Below are positions 35,116 to 49,628 of a DNA stretch of 64,000 bases, in pieces. The DNA lies in NCBI GenBank assembly GCA_964016885.1, contig OZ024741.1, positions 34,224,001 to 34,288,000 of the forward strand, given 5' to 3'. Origin of the DNA: Eledone cirrhosa. Lineage: Eukaryota. The position numbers and the translations under genes were made by a program. Numbering within the stretch: the stretch's first letter is position 1; every line of letters starts with the position of its first letter. Under the pieces are notes generated by a model that worked only from the letters and a program-made list of their open reading frames with translations, was not told the DNA's origin and did not search any database.

Positions 35116-36054
35116 GTATTCACGAAAATAATAATTGTTTCTGTTTTGGGCACAAGGCCCAGTTTTTGGCACAATTACCCCAGTGCATTACTGGTACTTT
35201 ATTTTATCGACTCTATAAAGATGAAAGGCAAAGTTAACCTTGGCGGGATTTGAACTCAGACCGTAAAGGAACGTTACTCTATGCTGCAAAGCATGGCGTT
35301 AGACCCTCTACTGATACTGCCAATCCACGAAAATACTAATAATCTGTTTACTCAAAATTCATGACCATGAGACTTGGCACAAATACCGAATTAAAGACAG
35401 TTTGTTTCGGCTTTTACATCTACCTCCCTTCTGGTTACCGAATGCTAAAACTGGTACATTACTGCGCCAGCGCCTGTAATGTATAAAAATACTTATATGT
35501 TATTTTCAAAGTCTTGCGTGCGGATTTATAAACTAATCGCCGATGACAGGGAACGGACGTTCGACCGTCTGGTCGATGCTCCAACTTCGTGTTGACTTCA
35601 ATTAATGTAAAGCTGACTGAGAAGTCCAAGGGGCATAACTCTGTCAAAACATTGTTCGATAAAAATTGATGATAAATTTAGAGAATTGATTCATGGTAGA
35701 TTAATGTTTTGTGCACTGGTGAGGTGGGAATATGGGAATGCTAAGGTCAAAATATGATTGTGGAGGGAGTCCGTAGAGTACTCCCCATTTCAACAGACCA
35801 GAAACTTTTCTGGTTTATTACTATTTATTGTCATCAAACATCGTCATTTAATTCAAACTTGCACACACATACACACACACACTCACATACACATTCTGTA
35901 GGATTTACACGACACATTGTTTTGTTTTTATGTGGTTATTTAGTTCCGGTCCTTTATGTTTTGAATTCAAATTCCACCTAGGTAAACTTTTCTTTTTATC
36001 TTTTCATAAAATATGTCTTCAATAAACTCTCCTTTACCTACTTAATAGACAATA

Positions 36055-36545
36055 GTATCGGTAGAGGGTCTGAGGCCATGCTTTGAAGCATAGTTTAACC
36101 TCCCTTTATGATCTGAGTTCAAATCCTGCCGAGGTTAACTTTGCCTTTCATCCTTACGGGGTCGATAAAATAAAGTACCAGTAATACACTGAGATAATTG
36201 CTGGCCTTGGGCCAAAAGTAGAAACAAATATTTTATGCTTTGACGCATAGAGTTACGGCCCTTTCCATTTTGAGTTCAAATCCCGCCGAGGTTAACTTCG
36301 CCTTTCATCCTTACGGGGTCGATAAAATAAAGTACCAGTAATACACTGGGTAATTGATGGCCTTGTGTCAAAAGTAAAAACAATATCTTGTTAAGTATCG
36401 GTGGAGCATCGAACAACATGCTTTATGACATAGAGTTACGGCTCTGAGTTCAAATCCTGCCGAGGTTAGCTTTCCCCATCATTCTTACGGGGTCGATAAA
36501 ATAAAGTACCAGTAACATACTGAGGTCGATTTAATCGACTTTTCC
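36055..36545 (+). mobile_element. Three head-to-tail partial copies of SINE family 2
   Basis: GAGTTCAAATCC.GCCGAGGTTA..CTTACGGGGTCGATAAAATAAAGTACCAGTAA at about 36115, 36271 and 36446. Confidence 0.88.
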
Positions 36546-36659
36546 CTAACCCAGTATTTTGCATGTTATTAATAATATACTTTGCGGCACAGAGTGACGG
36601 CCCTTTGAAGCCAATTGTTAATGTTATTGGGTGAGTTGTGTGTGTGTGTATAATAATAA

Positions 36660-36838
36660 GCATGTGTGTTTGTGTGTATAAACGCGTTTGTAGTTGTGTG
36701 TGTAAACGCGTGTGTGTTTGTGTGTATAAGTGCGTTTGTAGTTGTGTGTATAAGCGCGTTTGTAGTTGTGTGTATAAACGCGTTTGTAGTTGTGTGTGTA
36801 AACGCGTGTGTGTTTGTGTGTATAAGCGCGTGTGTATA
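36660..36838. repeat. 24-bp minisatellite derived from (TG)n
   Basis: TGTGTGTATAAACGCGTTTGTAGT-type units, about 7 copies. Confidence 0.85.
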
Positions 36839-37544
36839 TCATTCGAGAGAGACTATCTTTAAAAACACTATGTTCCAGGCAAGCCATTCAAAATCTTCAA
36901 CTTTCTATCATTCCTATTCTTATTACTTTATTTTACTCTACATCCAAAAAAGTCCCCCCAAAACGTTAGCTCCCTTCTTCACTTTCTATTTTACTGGAAA
37001 TAACATTACAGATTGTTCACAATTCTTTCAGAATGAAAATGTAAACACATGTAATAAACACAATTAACTATTGTATATATACGATCAAAGCGAGAGGCAA
37101 ATGCGACAATCGGCCGCACACTACAAGTGTCAACGGAAATTTTTGTAAATTTTAGTGGAAATATTTCTACTGTAAACAGGTAGTTCTTATTTTAGTAGAA
37201 ATATTTTAACCACGTGTTTTTTTTTTTGTTTTTTTTTTTGTTTTTTCTCAATTTATTCACTTTCTGTTTCTCTGTTCATAACCTTTAAGTCTGTATCTAA
37301 TTCAGAACAGTTTTAAGCTTGATCTCTGCCGTTAGGATGTTGTGCTAACTACATGTTGTATTTCTAGACCGAGGTGGCTGTGTTCTTAAGATGGTTCATT
37401 TTCCATTTGTTTATCATTATAGGACTGTCCCACCTCCTCTCTCGCTCCTATCATTAAAACACTCAAGAAACCGCCTTTGAGGTGCACCTTCATAAGACAT
37501 ACCTAGAAAGGTGCGAGCTGTAAATTTCATTGTTTTTCTCATTC

Positions 37545-40500
37545 ACTACCACCACCATCACTATCTTTCCTTCATCTCAGCGATGTCCTTCACATTTTAT
37601 ATACCACCAACACTATCACTATCTTTCCCTCATCCCAGCCATGTCCTTCACATTTCATATGCCACCACCACCACAATCACTATCTTTCCCTCATCCCAGC
37701 CATGTCCTTCACATTTCATATGCCACCACCACCACAATCACTGTCTTTCCCTCATCCCAGCCATGTCCTTCACATTTCATATGCCACCACCACCACAATC
37801 ACTATCTTTCCCTCATTCCAGCCATGTCCTTCACATTTCATATGCCACCACCACCACAATCACTGTCTTTCCCTCATCCCAGCCATGTCCTTCACATTTC
37901 ATATGCCACCACCACCACAATCACTGTCTTTCCCTCATCCCAGCCATGTCCTTCACATTTCATATGCCACCACCACCACAATCACTGTCTTTCCTTCATC
38001 CCAGCCATGTCCTTCACATTTCATATGCCACCACCACCACAATCACTATCTTTCCCTCATCCCAGCCATGTCCTTCACATTTCATATGCCACCACCACCA
38101 CAATCACTGTCTTTCCCTCATCCCAGCCATGTCCTTCACATTTCATATGCCACCACCACCACCACCACAATCACTATCTTTCCCTCATCCCAGCCATGTC
38201 CTTCACATTTCATATGCCACCACCACCACAATCACTGTCTTTCCCTCACCCCAGCCATGTCCTTCACATTTCATATGCCACCACCACCACCACCACAATC
38301 ACTATCTTTCCCTCATCCCAGCCATGTCCTTCACATTTCATATGCCACCACCACCACCACCACAATCACTATCTTTCCCTCATCCCAGCCATGTCCTTCA
38401 CATTTCATATGCCACCACCACCACCACCACAATCACTATCTTTCCCTCATCCCAGCCATGTCCTTCACATTTCATATGCCACCACCACCACTATCACTAT
38501 CTTTCCCTCATCCCAGCCATGTCCTTCACATTTCATATGCCACCACCACCACAATCACTATCTTTCCCTCATCCCAGCCATGTCCTTCACATTTCATATG
38601 CCACCACCACCGCCACCACCACAATCACTATCTTTCCCTCATCCCAGCCATGTCCTTCACATTTCATATGCCACCACCACCACCACAATCACTATCTTTC
38701 CCTCATCCCAGCCATGTCCTTCACATTTCATATGCCACCACCACCACAATCACTATCTTTCCCTCATCCCAGCCATGTCCTTCACATTTCATATGCCACC
38801 ACCACCACCACAATCACTATCTTTCCCTCATCCCAGCCATGTCCTTCACATTTCATATGCCACCACCACCACAATCACTGTCTTTCCCTCATCCCAGCCA
38901 TGTCCTTCACATTGCATATGCCACCACCACCACCACAATCACTATCTTTCCCTCATCCCAGCCATGTCCTTCACATTTCATATGCCACCATCACCACCAC
39001 CACCACAATCACTATCTTTCCCTCATCCCAGCCATGTCCTTCACATTTCATATGCCACCACCACCACAATCACTGTCTTTCCCTCATCCCAGCCATGTCC
39101 TTCATATTTCATATGCCACCACCACCACTATCACTATCGTTCCCTCATCCCAGCCATGTCCTTCATATTTCATATGCCACCACCACCACAATCACTATCT
39201 TTCCCTCATCCCAGCCATGTCCTTCACATTTCATATGCCACCACCACCGCCACCACCACAATCACTATCTTTCCCTCATCCCAGCCATGTCCTTCACATT
39301 TCATATGCCACCACCACCACAATCACTGTCTTTCCCTCATCCCAGCCATGTCCTTCACATTTCATATGCCACCACCACCACCACAATCACTATCTTTCCC
39401 TCATCCCAGCCATGTCCTTCACATTTCATATGCCACCACCACCACAATCACTGTCTTTCCCTCATCCCAGCCATGTCCTTCACATTTCATATGCCACCAC
39501 CACCACCACCACAATCACTATCTTTCCCTCATCCCAGCCATGTCCTTCACATTTCATATGCCACCACCACCACCACAATCACTATCTTTCCCTCATCCCA
39601 GCCATGTCCTTCACATTTCATATGCCACCACCACCACAATCACTGTCTTTCCCTCATCCCAGCCATGTCCTTCACATTTCATATGCCACCACCACCACCA
39701 CAATCACTATCTTTCCCTCATCCCAGCCATGTCCTTCACATTTCATATGCCACCACCACCACAATCACTATCTTTCCCTCATCCCAGCCATGTCCTTCAC
39801 ATTTCATATGCCACCACCACCACCACAATCACTATCTTTCCCTCATCCCAGCCATGTCCTTCACATTTCATATGCCACCACCACCACAATCACTGTCTTT
39901 CCCTCATCCCAGCCATGTCCTTCACATTGCATATGCCACCACCACCACCACAATCACTATCTTTCCCTCATCCCAGCCATGTCCTTCACATTTCATATGC
40001 CACCATCACCACCACCACCACAATCACTATCTTTCCCTCATCCCAGCCATGTCCTTCACATTTCATATGCCACCACCACCACAATCACTGTCTTTCCCTC
40101 ATCCCAGCCATGTCCTTCATATTTCATATGCCACCACCACCACCACAATCACTATCTTTCCCTCATCCCAGCCATGTCCTTCACATTTCATATGCCACCA
40201 CCACCACAATCACTGTCTTTCCCTCATCCCAGCCATGTCCTTCACATTTCATATGCCACCATCACCACCACCACCACAATCACTGTCTTTCCCTCATCCC
40301 AGCCATGTCCTTCACATTTCATATGCCACCACCACCACTATCACTATCGTTCCCTCATCCCAGCCATGTCCTTCATATTTCATATGCCACCACCACCACA
40401 ATCACTATCTTTCCCTCATCCCAGCCATGTCCTTCACATTTCATATGCCACCACCACCGCCACCACCACAATCACTATCTTTCCCTCATCCCAGCCATGT

Positions 40501-43500
40501 CCTTCACATTTCATATGCCACCACCACCACAATCACTGTCTTTCCCTCATCCCAGCCATGTCCTTCACATTTCATATGCCACCACCACCACCACAATCAC
40601 TATCTTTCCCTCATCCCAGCCATGTCCTTCACATTTCATATGCCACCACCACCACAATCACTGTCTTTCCCTCATCCCAGCCATGTCCTTCACATTTCAT
40701 ATGCCACCACCACCACCACCACAATCACTATCTTTCCCTCATCCCAGCCATGTCCTTCACATTTCATATGCCACCACCACCACCACAATCACTATCTTTC
40801 CCTCATCCCAGCCATGTCCTTCACATTTCATATGCCACCACCACCACTATCACTATCTTTCCCTCATCCCAGCCATGTCCTTCACATTTCATATACCACC
40901 ACCACCACAATCACTATCTTTCCCTCATCCCAGCCATGTCCTTCACATTTCATATACCACCACCACCACAATCACTATCTTTCCCTCATCCCAGCCATGT
41001 CCTTCACATTTCATATGCCACCACCACAATCACTATCCACCACCACCACAATCACTATCTTTCCCTCATCCCAGCCATGTCCTTCACATTTCATATGCCA
41101 CCACCACCACAATCACTGTCTTTCCCTCATCCCAGCCATGTCCTTCACATTTCATATGCCACCACCACCACCACCACAATCACTATCTTTCCCTCATCCC
41201 AGCCATGTCCTTCACATTTCATATGCCACCGCCACCACCACAATCACTATCTTTCCCTCATCCCAGCCATGTCCTTCACATTTCATATGCCACCACCACC
41301 ACAATCACTATCTTTCCCTCATCCCAGCCATGTCCTTCACATTTCATATGCCACCACCACCACAATCACTGTCTTTCCCTCATCCCAGCCATGTCCTTCA
41401 CATTTCATATGCCACCACAATCACTATCTTTCCCTCATCCTAGCCATGTCCTTCACATTTCATATGCCACCACCACCACAATCACTGTCTTTCCCTCATC
41501 CCAGCCATGTCCTTCACATTTCATATGCCACCACCACCACAATCACTATCTTTCCCTCATCCCAGCCATGTCCTTCACATTTCATATGCCACCACCACCA
41601 CAATCACTATCTTTCCCTCATCCCAGCCATGTCCTTCACATTTCATATGCCACCACCACCACAATCACTATCTTTCCCTCATCCCAGCCATGTCCTTCAC
41701 ATTTCATATGCCACCACCACCACAATCACTGTCTTTCCCTCATCCCAGCCATGTCCTTCACATTTCATATGCCACCACAATCACTATCTTTCCCTCATCC
41801 TAGCCATGTCCTTCACATTTCATATGCCACCACCACCACAATCACTATCTTTCCCTCATCCCAGCCATGTCCTTCACATTTCATATGCCACCACCACCAC
41901 AATCACTGTCTTTCCCTCATCCCAGCCATGTCCTTCACATTTCATATGCCACCACCACCACAATCACTATCTTTCCCTCATCCCAGCCATGTCCTTCACA
42001 TTTCATATGCCACCACCACCACAATCACTATCTTTCCCTCATCCCAGCCATGTCCTTCACATTTCATATGCCACCACCACCACAATCACTATCTTTCCCT
42101 CATCCCAGCCATGTCCTTCACATTTCATATGCCACCACCACCACAATCACTGTCTTTCCCTCATCCCAGCCATGTCCTTCACATTTCATATGCCACCACA
42201 ATCACTATCTTTCCCTCATCCTAGCCATGTCCTTCACATTTCATATGCCACCACCACCACAATCACTATCTTTCCCTCATCCCAGCCATGTCCTTCACAT
42301 TTCATATGCCACCACCACCACAATCACTGTCTTTCCCTCATCCCAGCCATGTCCTTCACATTTCATATGCCACCACAATCACTATCTTTCCCTCATCCTA
42401 GCCATGTCCTTCACATTTCATATGCCACCACCACCACAATCACTATCTTTCCCTCATCCCAGCCATGTCCTTCACATTTCATATGCCACCACCACCACAA
42501 TCACTGTCTTTCCCTCATCCCAGCCATGTCCTTCACATTTCATATGCCACCACAATCACTATCTTTCCCTCATCCTAGCCATGTCCTTCACATTTCATAT
42601 GCCACCACCACCACAATCACTGTCTTTCCCTCATCCCAGCCATGTCCTTCACATTTCATATGCCACCACCACCACCACAATCACTATCTTTCCCTCATCC
42701 CAGCCATGTCCTTCACATTTCATATGCCACCACCACCACAATCACTGTCTTTCCCTCATCCCAGCCATGTCCTTCACATTGCATATGCCACCACCACCAC
42801 CACAATCACTATCTTTCCCTCATCCCAGCCATGTCCTTCACATTTCATATGCCACCATCACCACCACCACCACAATCACTATCTTTCCCTCATCCCAGCC
42901 ATGTCCTTCACATTTCATATGCCACCACCACCACAATCACTGTCTTTCCCTCATCCCAGCCATGTCCTTCATATTTCATATGCCACCACCACCACCACAA
43001 TCACTATCTTTCCCTCATCCCAGCCATGTCCTTCACATTTCATATGCCACCACCACCACAATCACTGTCTTTCCCTCATCCCAGCCATGTCCTTCACATT
43101 TCATATGCCACCATCACCACCACCACCACAATCACTGTCTTTCCCTCATCCCAGCCATGTCCTTCACATTTCATATGCCACCACCACCACTATCACTATC
43201 GTTCCCTCATCCCAGCCATGTCCTTCATATTTCATATGCCACCACCACCACAATCACTATCTTTCCCTCATCCCAGCCATGTCCTTCACATTTCATATGC
43301 CACCACCACCGCCACCACCACAATCACTATCTTTCCCTCATCCCAGCCATGTCCTTCACATTTCATATGCCACCACCACCACAATCACTGTCTTTCCCTC
43401 ATCCCAGCCATGTCCTTCACATTTCATATGCCACCACCACCACCACAATCACTATCTTTCCCTCATCCCAGCCATGTCCTTCACATTTCATATGCCACCA

Positions 43501-45952
43501 CCACCACAATCACTGTCTTTCCCTCATCCCAGCCATGTCCTTCACATTTCATATGCCACCACCACCACCACCACAATCACTATCTTTCCCTCATCCCAGC
43601 CATGTCCTTCACATTTCATATGCCACCACCACCACCACAATCACTATCTTTCCCTCATCCCAGCCATGTCCTTCACATTTCATATGCCACCACCACCACT
43701 ATCACTATCTTTCCCTCATCCCAGCCATGTCCTTCACATTTCATATACCACCACCACCACAATCACTGTCTTTCCCTCATCCCAGCCATGTCCTTCACAT
43801 TTCATATACCACCACCACCACAATCACTGTCTTTCCTTCATCCCAGCCATGTCCTTCACATTTCATATGCCACCACCACCACTATCACTATCTTTCCCTC
43901 ATCCCAGCCATGTCCTTCACATTTCATATACCACCACCACCACAATCACTATCTTTCCCTCATCCCAGCCATGTCCTTCACATTTCATATGCCACCACCA
44001 CAATCACTATCCACCACCACCACAATCACTATCTTTCCCTCATCCCAGCCATGTCCTTCACATTTCATATGCCACCGCCACCACCACAATCACTATCTTT
44101 CCCTCATCCCAGCCATGTCCTTCACATTTCATATGCCACCACCACCACAATCACTATCTTTCCCTCATCCCAGCCATGTCCTTCACATTTCATATGCCAC
44201 CACCACCACAATCACTGTCTTTCCCTCATCCCAGCCATGTCCTTCACATTTCATATGCCACCACAATCACTATCTTTCCCTCATCCTAGCCATGTCCTTC
44301 ACATTTCATATGCCACCACCACCACAATCACTGTCTTTCCCTCATCCCAGCCATGTCCTTCACATTTCATATGCCACCACCACCACAATCACTATCTTTC
44401 CCTCATCCCAGCCATGTCCTTCACATTTCATATGCCACCACCACCACAATCACTATCTTTCCCTCATCCCAGCCATGTCCTTCACATTTCATATGCCACC
44501 ACCACCACAATCACTATCTTTCCCTCATCCCAGCCATGTCCTTCACATTTCATATGCCACCACCACCACAATCACTGTCTTTCCCTCATCCCAGCCATGT
44601 CCTTCACATTTCATATGCCACCACAATCACTATCTTTCCCTCATCCTAGCCATGTCCTTCACATTTCATATGCCACCACCACCACAATCACTATCTTTCC
44701 CTCATCCCAGCCATGTCCTTCACATTTCATATGCCACCACCACCACAATCACTGTCTTTCCCTCATCCCAGCCATGTCCTTCACATTTCATATGCCACCA
44801 CCACCACAATCACTATCTTTCCCTCATCCCAGCCATGTCCTTCACATTTCATATGCCACCACCACCACAATCACTATCTTTCCCTCATCCCAGCCATGTC
44901 CTTCACATTTCATATGCCACCACCACCACAATCACTATCTTTCCCTCATCCCAGCCATGTCCTTCACATTTCATATGCCACCACCACCACAATCACTGTC
45001 TTTCCCTCATCCCAGCCATGTCCTTCACATTTCATATGCCACCACAATCACTATCTTTCCCTCATCCTAGCCATGTCCTTCACATTTCATATGCCACCAC
45101 CACCACAATCACTATCTTTCCCTCATCCCAGCCATGTCCTTCACATTTCATATGCCACCACCACCACAATCACTGTCTTTCCCTCATCCCAGCCATGTCC
45201 TTCACATTTCATATGCCACCACAATCACTATCTTTCCCTCATCCTAGCCATGTCCTTCACATTTCATATGCCACCACCACCACAATCACTATCTTTCCCT
45301 CATCCCAGCCATGTCCTTCACATTTCATATGCCACCACCACCACAATCACTGTCTTTCCCTCATCCCAGCCATGTCCTTCACATTTCATATGCCACCACA
45401 ATCACTATCTTTCCCTCATCCTAGCCATGTCCTTCACATTTCATATGCCACCACCACCACAATCACTGTCTTTCCCTCATCCCAGCCATGTCCTTCACAT
45501 TTCATATGCCACCACCACCACAATCACTATCTTTCCCTCATCCCAGCCATGTCCTTCACATTTCATATGCCACCACCACCACAATCACTATCTTTCCCTC
45601 ATCCCAGCCATGTCCTTCACATTTCATATGCCACCACCACCACAATCACTGTCTTTCCCTCATCCCAGCCATGTCCTTCACATTTCATATGCCACCACCA
45701 CCACAATCACTGTCTTTCCCTCATCCCAGCCATGTCCTTCACATTTCATATGCCACCACCACCACAATCACTATCTTTCCCTCATCCCAGCCATGTCCTT
45801 CACATTTCATATGCCACCACCACCACAATCACTGTCTTTCCCTCATCCCAGCCATGTCCTTCACATTTCATATGCCACCACCACCACAATCACTGTCTTT
45901 CCCTCATCCCAGCCATGTCCTTCACATTTCATATGCCACCACCACCACCACC
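37545..45952. repeat. 8.4-kb minisatellite, 61-bp modal unit with variable internal (CCA)n
   Basis: Unit (CCA)2-6 CAATCACT(A/G)TCTTTCCCTCATCCCAGCCATGTCCTTCACATTTCATATG, about 135-140 copies. Confidence 0.98.
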
Positions 45953-47294
45953 TTTAGCCTGGTTGTTCACACTTCATGCACCAACACCACCCAGAACTGT
46001 CTTCCCCTCATATCTGCCAGATCCTTCACAACCATCACCACCACTACCCCCACTACCACCACTACAACCATCACCGTCAACAATAACACCATCACTACCA
46101 GCGTAACTGTCTTCCCTTCACCCCAACTAGATCCTTCACACCTCATTCTCCCCCTCCCCTTCCACAAAAGATTAGCTGAAGACAGGTGATAATCTCATTT
46201 GATGCTACCTGGGTGGGGAGGATTAAAACCTTATCTGCAGTGATGTGGCCAGTTATGACAGCTGCACTTTCACTTTCATTTTTACTGGAGATAAAACTTT
46301 GAGAAAGGGAAGAACGTTTCCGTATATCTTGGGGAGGGGGGGGGGGGCAGTAGTGGTATGTGAGGTAGGTTGAGGATGGGGAAGATATTTCCTTACCCAT
46401 GATCCTTTCTTCCTTAACAGATACATTGTTGAGAAAGGAAGACAGCCTGTAATGTTAGCACTGAAGGTGGTGGTGGTGGTGGTGGTGGTGGTGGTAATGG
46501 TCGTGGTGCTGGTGGTGGTGGTCCCTTAAGACTATGTTTGTAAATTTACTAAACTACAACCACCACTATCCTGCCCCTCTCCTTCATTAGTTTCAATCCC
46601 ACCCACCCTGTGTGCTGATTGATGTGACTGGACTTGGATATTTATAATTAACATTAGTTACCATCTTCATTATCACCATTACCAACATTACCACCACCAT
46701 CACCATCTCAACTGTTTTGTCTACCATCACTAACACCATTAACACTACCATCATCGTCACTAGCACCATTACCACCACCACCATCAACATCTGTAACATC
46801 ATCACTAACACCATTATCACTACCATCATCATCACCAACACCATCACCACCACCATCAACATCAGTAACACCAACACCATCACCACCACTAACACCATTA
46901 CCATCATCACCATCACCACCATCATCACTAACACCATTACCACTACCATCATCATCATCATCTTTTCAATGATAGTTTTCATCGGTACAGAGCCACAATT
47001 TTTTTTTTGTTGATTGATCTGGAAGAAGGAGCTGTTTCTTTGGCCCTCACTGACACTTTTGTCAATGATATGGCTGTTTCCCTAACCCCCACAAGCTCTC
47101 TGCTCAATGAGAAAGAGTCATCATTTTTACATCCATTCCTCCATGCTTCTATACATTGGACAAATGCCAGAGCTTATCCCAATTACATGTAGTAAACACC
47201 AGTCCTTCACAAGGTGAACCCCCCTCCCCCCAACTGTATCAGTAATTTAGTAAATGAATCTCAAACAGTCTTAAGCCAGGAGGTTCAGGCCAGT

Positions 47295-47485
47295 GCTTAC
47301 CCTGTTTTGTGACGTGAAGCAACTGAAAGTACAAGGCTCACTCCTGGACAGGGTACCAGTCCATTGCATGATTAAACCCCCAGCTGGTATTCATGTTCAG
47401 CTGAGTATACTGGAGCAATGTGAAATGAAGTGTTTTCCTTAAGAACACAATACGCAACCCAGCCCATGAATCGAACATACGACAT
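47295..47485 (-). mobile_element. Decayed SINE with the 19085-type core and a third tail
   Basis: CAGCTGAGTATACTGGAGCAATGTGAAATGAAGTGT is the reverse complement of the shared core. Confidence 0.65.
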
Positions 47486-48558
47486 TGCGATTACACGAAT
47501 ACAGGGAGAGGATTTATTCATATGTAACACACGTTGATAGTGCCCTGTCTTCCTACCATTGCTCATTTAGCAATAGAGAGTTCATGTGTGTAGATTCACT
47601 AGTTAGTCAGACAAGAGTTATGTACCTTGATGAAAGATAAACGCAATGAACTTGACTACCACAGCTAGTGATAACAAGAGGAGCCTTTGTTAAAGAATTA
47701 ATAATTGTTTCTACCTTAGGCACAAACCCAGCAATTTTTGTGAGGGGGGTGGAAAAGTCGATTAAATTGACCCCAGTGCATGACGAAAATTATTGTGTAC
47801 AGTGTTCAGGTGCACTACAACTCATCAAAGTTACCTTTTATACAAACTGTTCTACTTTACACTTGTTAGTGCATCATGTATGGTTTACTGTATTCTATGT
47901 ATTTTAGTACTGGTTGCTAAAATACTTAATGAGAAGTCTGAAATATAGTGGAGTGGGGGGCTTCAGTTCACATTTGTCCAGGGCCTTTGCATACATTTTT
48001 CCCACAGCAAGGATGTATATTATTCGAAATATATACATTCTTACACATAATTAAATAACTGAATAGATTGCTTAAGACAATTAACACCTCCCACCTGCAG
48101 TATCTTTACAAAATCTATCCTCACTATTTTTGTTGCTTTATCAAGTTCAAGAATTCATACAAATTTCATCAAAATATACATAATTTAATTATTGTTCAGT
48201 AAAAGAATTCTTAAAGAAAAATTAACCTTATTATGACTAGTAAACCAAAGACTGTCTTTGGTGTCTCAGTTGCTCTTAGAAGTATTTCTAGCATTGACTT
48301 AGAGAAATGAGCTGCAACGTCACTGGTGCCAAACTGTGTCAGTCTTTGCCTTTTTCTTGGACAACATTGGTAGCATGGAGAGAGAAAACTGGTATGTATG
48401 GGGTACTGGTGGTTTTTCAAACACCTTGTCCTGGCTTATGCTTCAGAGGAGAACTCTCTAGGTGTAAACTTATGGTAATTCATAACCTTTGAATTCCATT
48501 AGGGGAGTACACTTTGAGGTAGGAATTTGGGCCAGGTCTCTGGTTTGGGAGATACATT

Positions 48559-48857
48559 CAGGGTTGGATTTAGACCTTGGGAGGCCCGAGGCACTTCAGG
48601 TTTGAGGGGGCTCCTCTTACACAAAAAATTAGAATACACAGCAAATGCCCCAATTTTACATATCACAGTTAGCTTGGCACAAGTAATTGGAATTGAAACA
48701 TTATACATACAGGTATTAAATTAAACATTTCTAACCATCCTAAAACTAAAAAGCCCAGCAGTGGGCACAGATAGATTGCTATGGCCATCGCTGGTGGGGC
48801 TCCCCACTGCAGGGGGCCCAGGGCAATTCCCCCCCCCCCCCATTAAATCCGGCCCTG
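48559..48857. mobile_element. hAT-type MITE, 299 bp
   Basis: TIRs CAGGGTTGGATTTA / TAAATCCGGCCCTG (12/14) and 8-bp TSD GATACATT / AATACATT (7/8). Confidence 0.82.
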
Positions 48858-49356
48858 AATACATTCCTCCTTGCAACTGGGAAACACTGTAGTTCTCTCT
48901 TTGATTAAGCAATAAAAAGAAATATGTAGTGTTGTGCACATCTACATTGGCACATACACACATACACACACACACACACACACTGATGCACACAATGGTC
49001 CTTCTAATGTGGTCACTGACTTGACCTGCTAGAAATAGCAGCCAAGATGTATGTTAAATTACACCTTGCCATTGTAGTGTGTGGCAGATTGTCTGACTAA
49101 AAGATAGAATGATCACAGTTGGACTGATCTATGGTTGGATCGGGACTGACTCGTGGCTAAACAACCCAAACAAGGAACACCTACACACATACACATATCT
49201 ACACATACACACTCACAGACACACACACACACTCTTGTTAGTTCTGTATAGATCTATACACACTAAGACATTTTCATACATACATACACTTACATAGTTT
49301 TGTAGAAATATGTATGTACACACACATGCACTTACATACAATCCTGTACAAACATA

Positions 49357-49391
<35 letters not shown>

Positions 49392-49396
49392 AAAAA

Positions 49397-49590
49397 TCAT
49401 CATCTTCATCATCATCGTTTAACGTCCATCTTCCACGCTAGCATGGGTTAGACGGGTTTGTCCCACTTGAGACAAGATTGGTCTGGAGACTGTGTCTCGC
49501 TCGTACAGAACTGTTTCTGGCAGGTTTTCTACGGCTGGATGCCCTTCCTAACACCAACCACATTTACCGTGTGGACTGGGAGCCTTTTGT
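49397..49590 (-). mobile_element. RTE-type 3' tail fragment in (TA)n
   Basis: CATCATCGTTTAACGTCCATCTTCCACGCTAGCATGGG..GCTGGATGCCCTTCCTAACACCAACC. Confidence 0.85.
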
Positions 49591-49591
49591 A

Positions 49592-49628
<37 letters not shown>

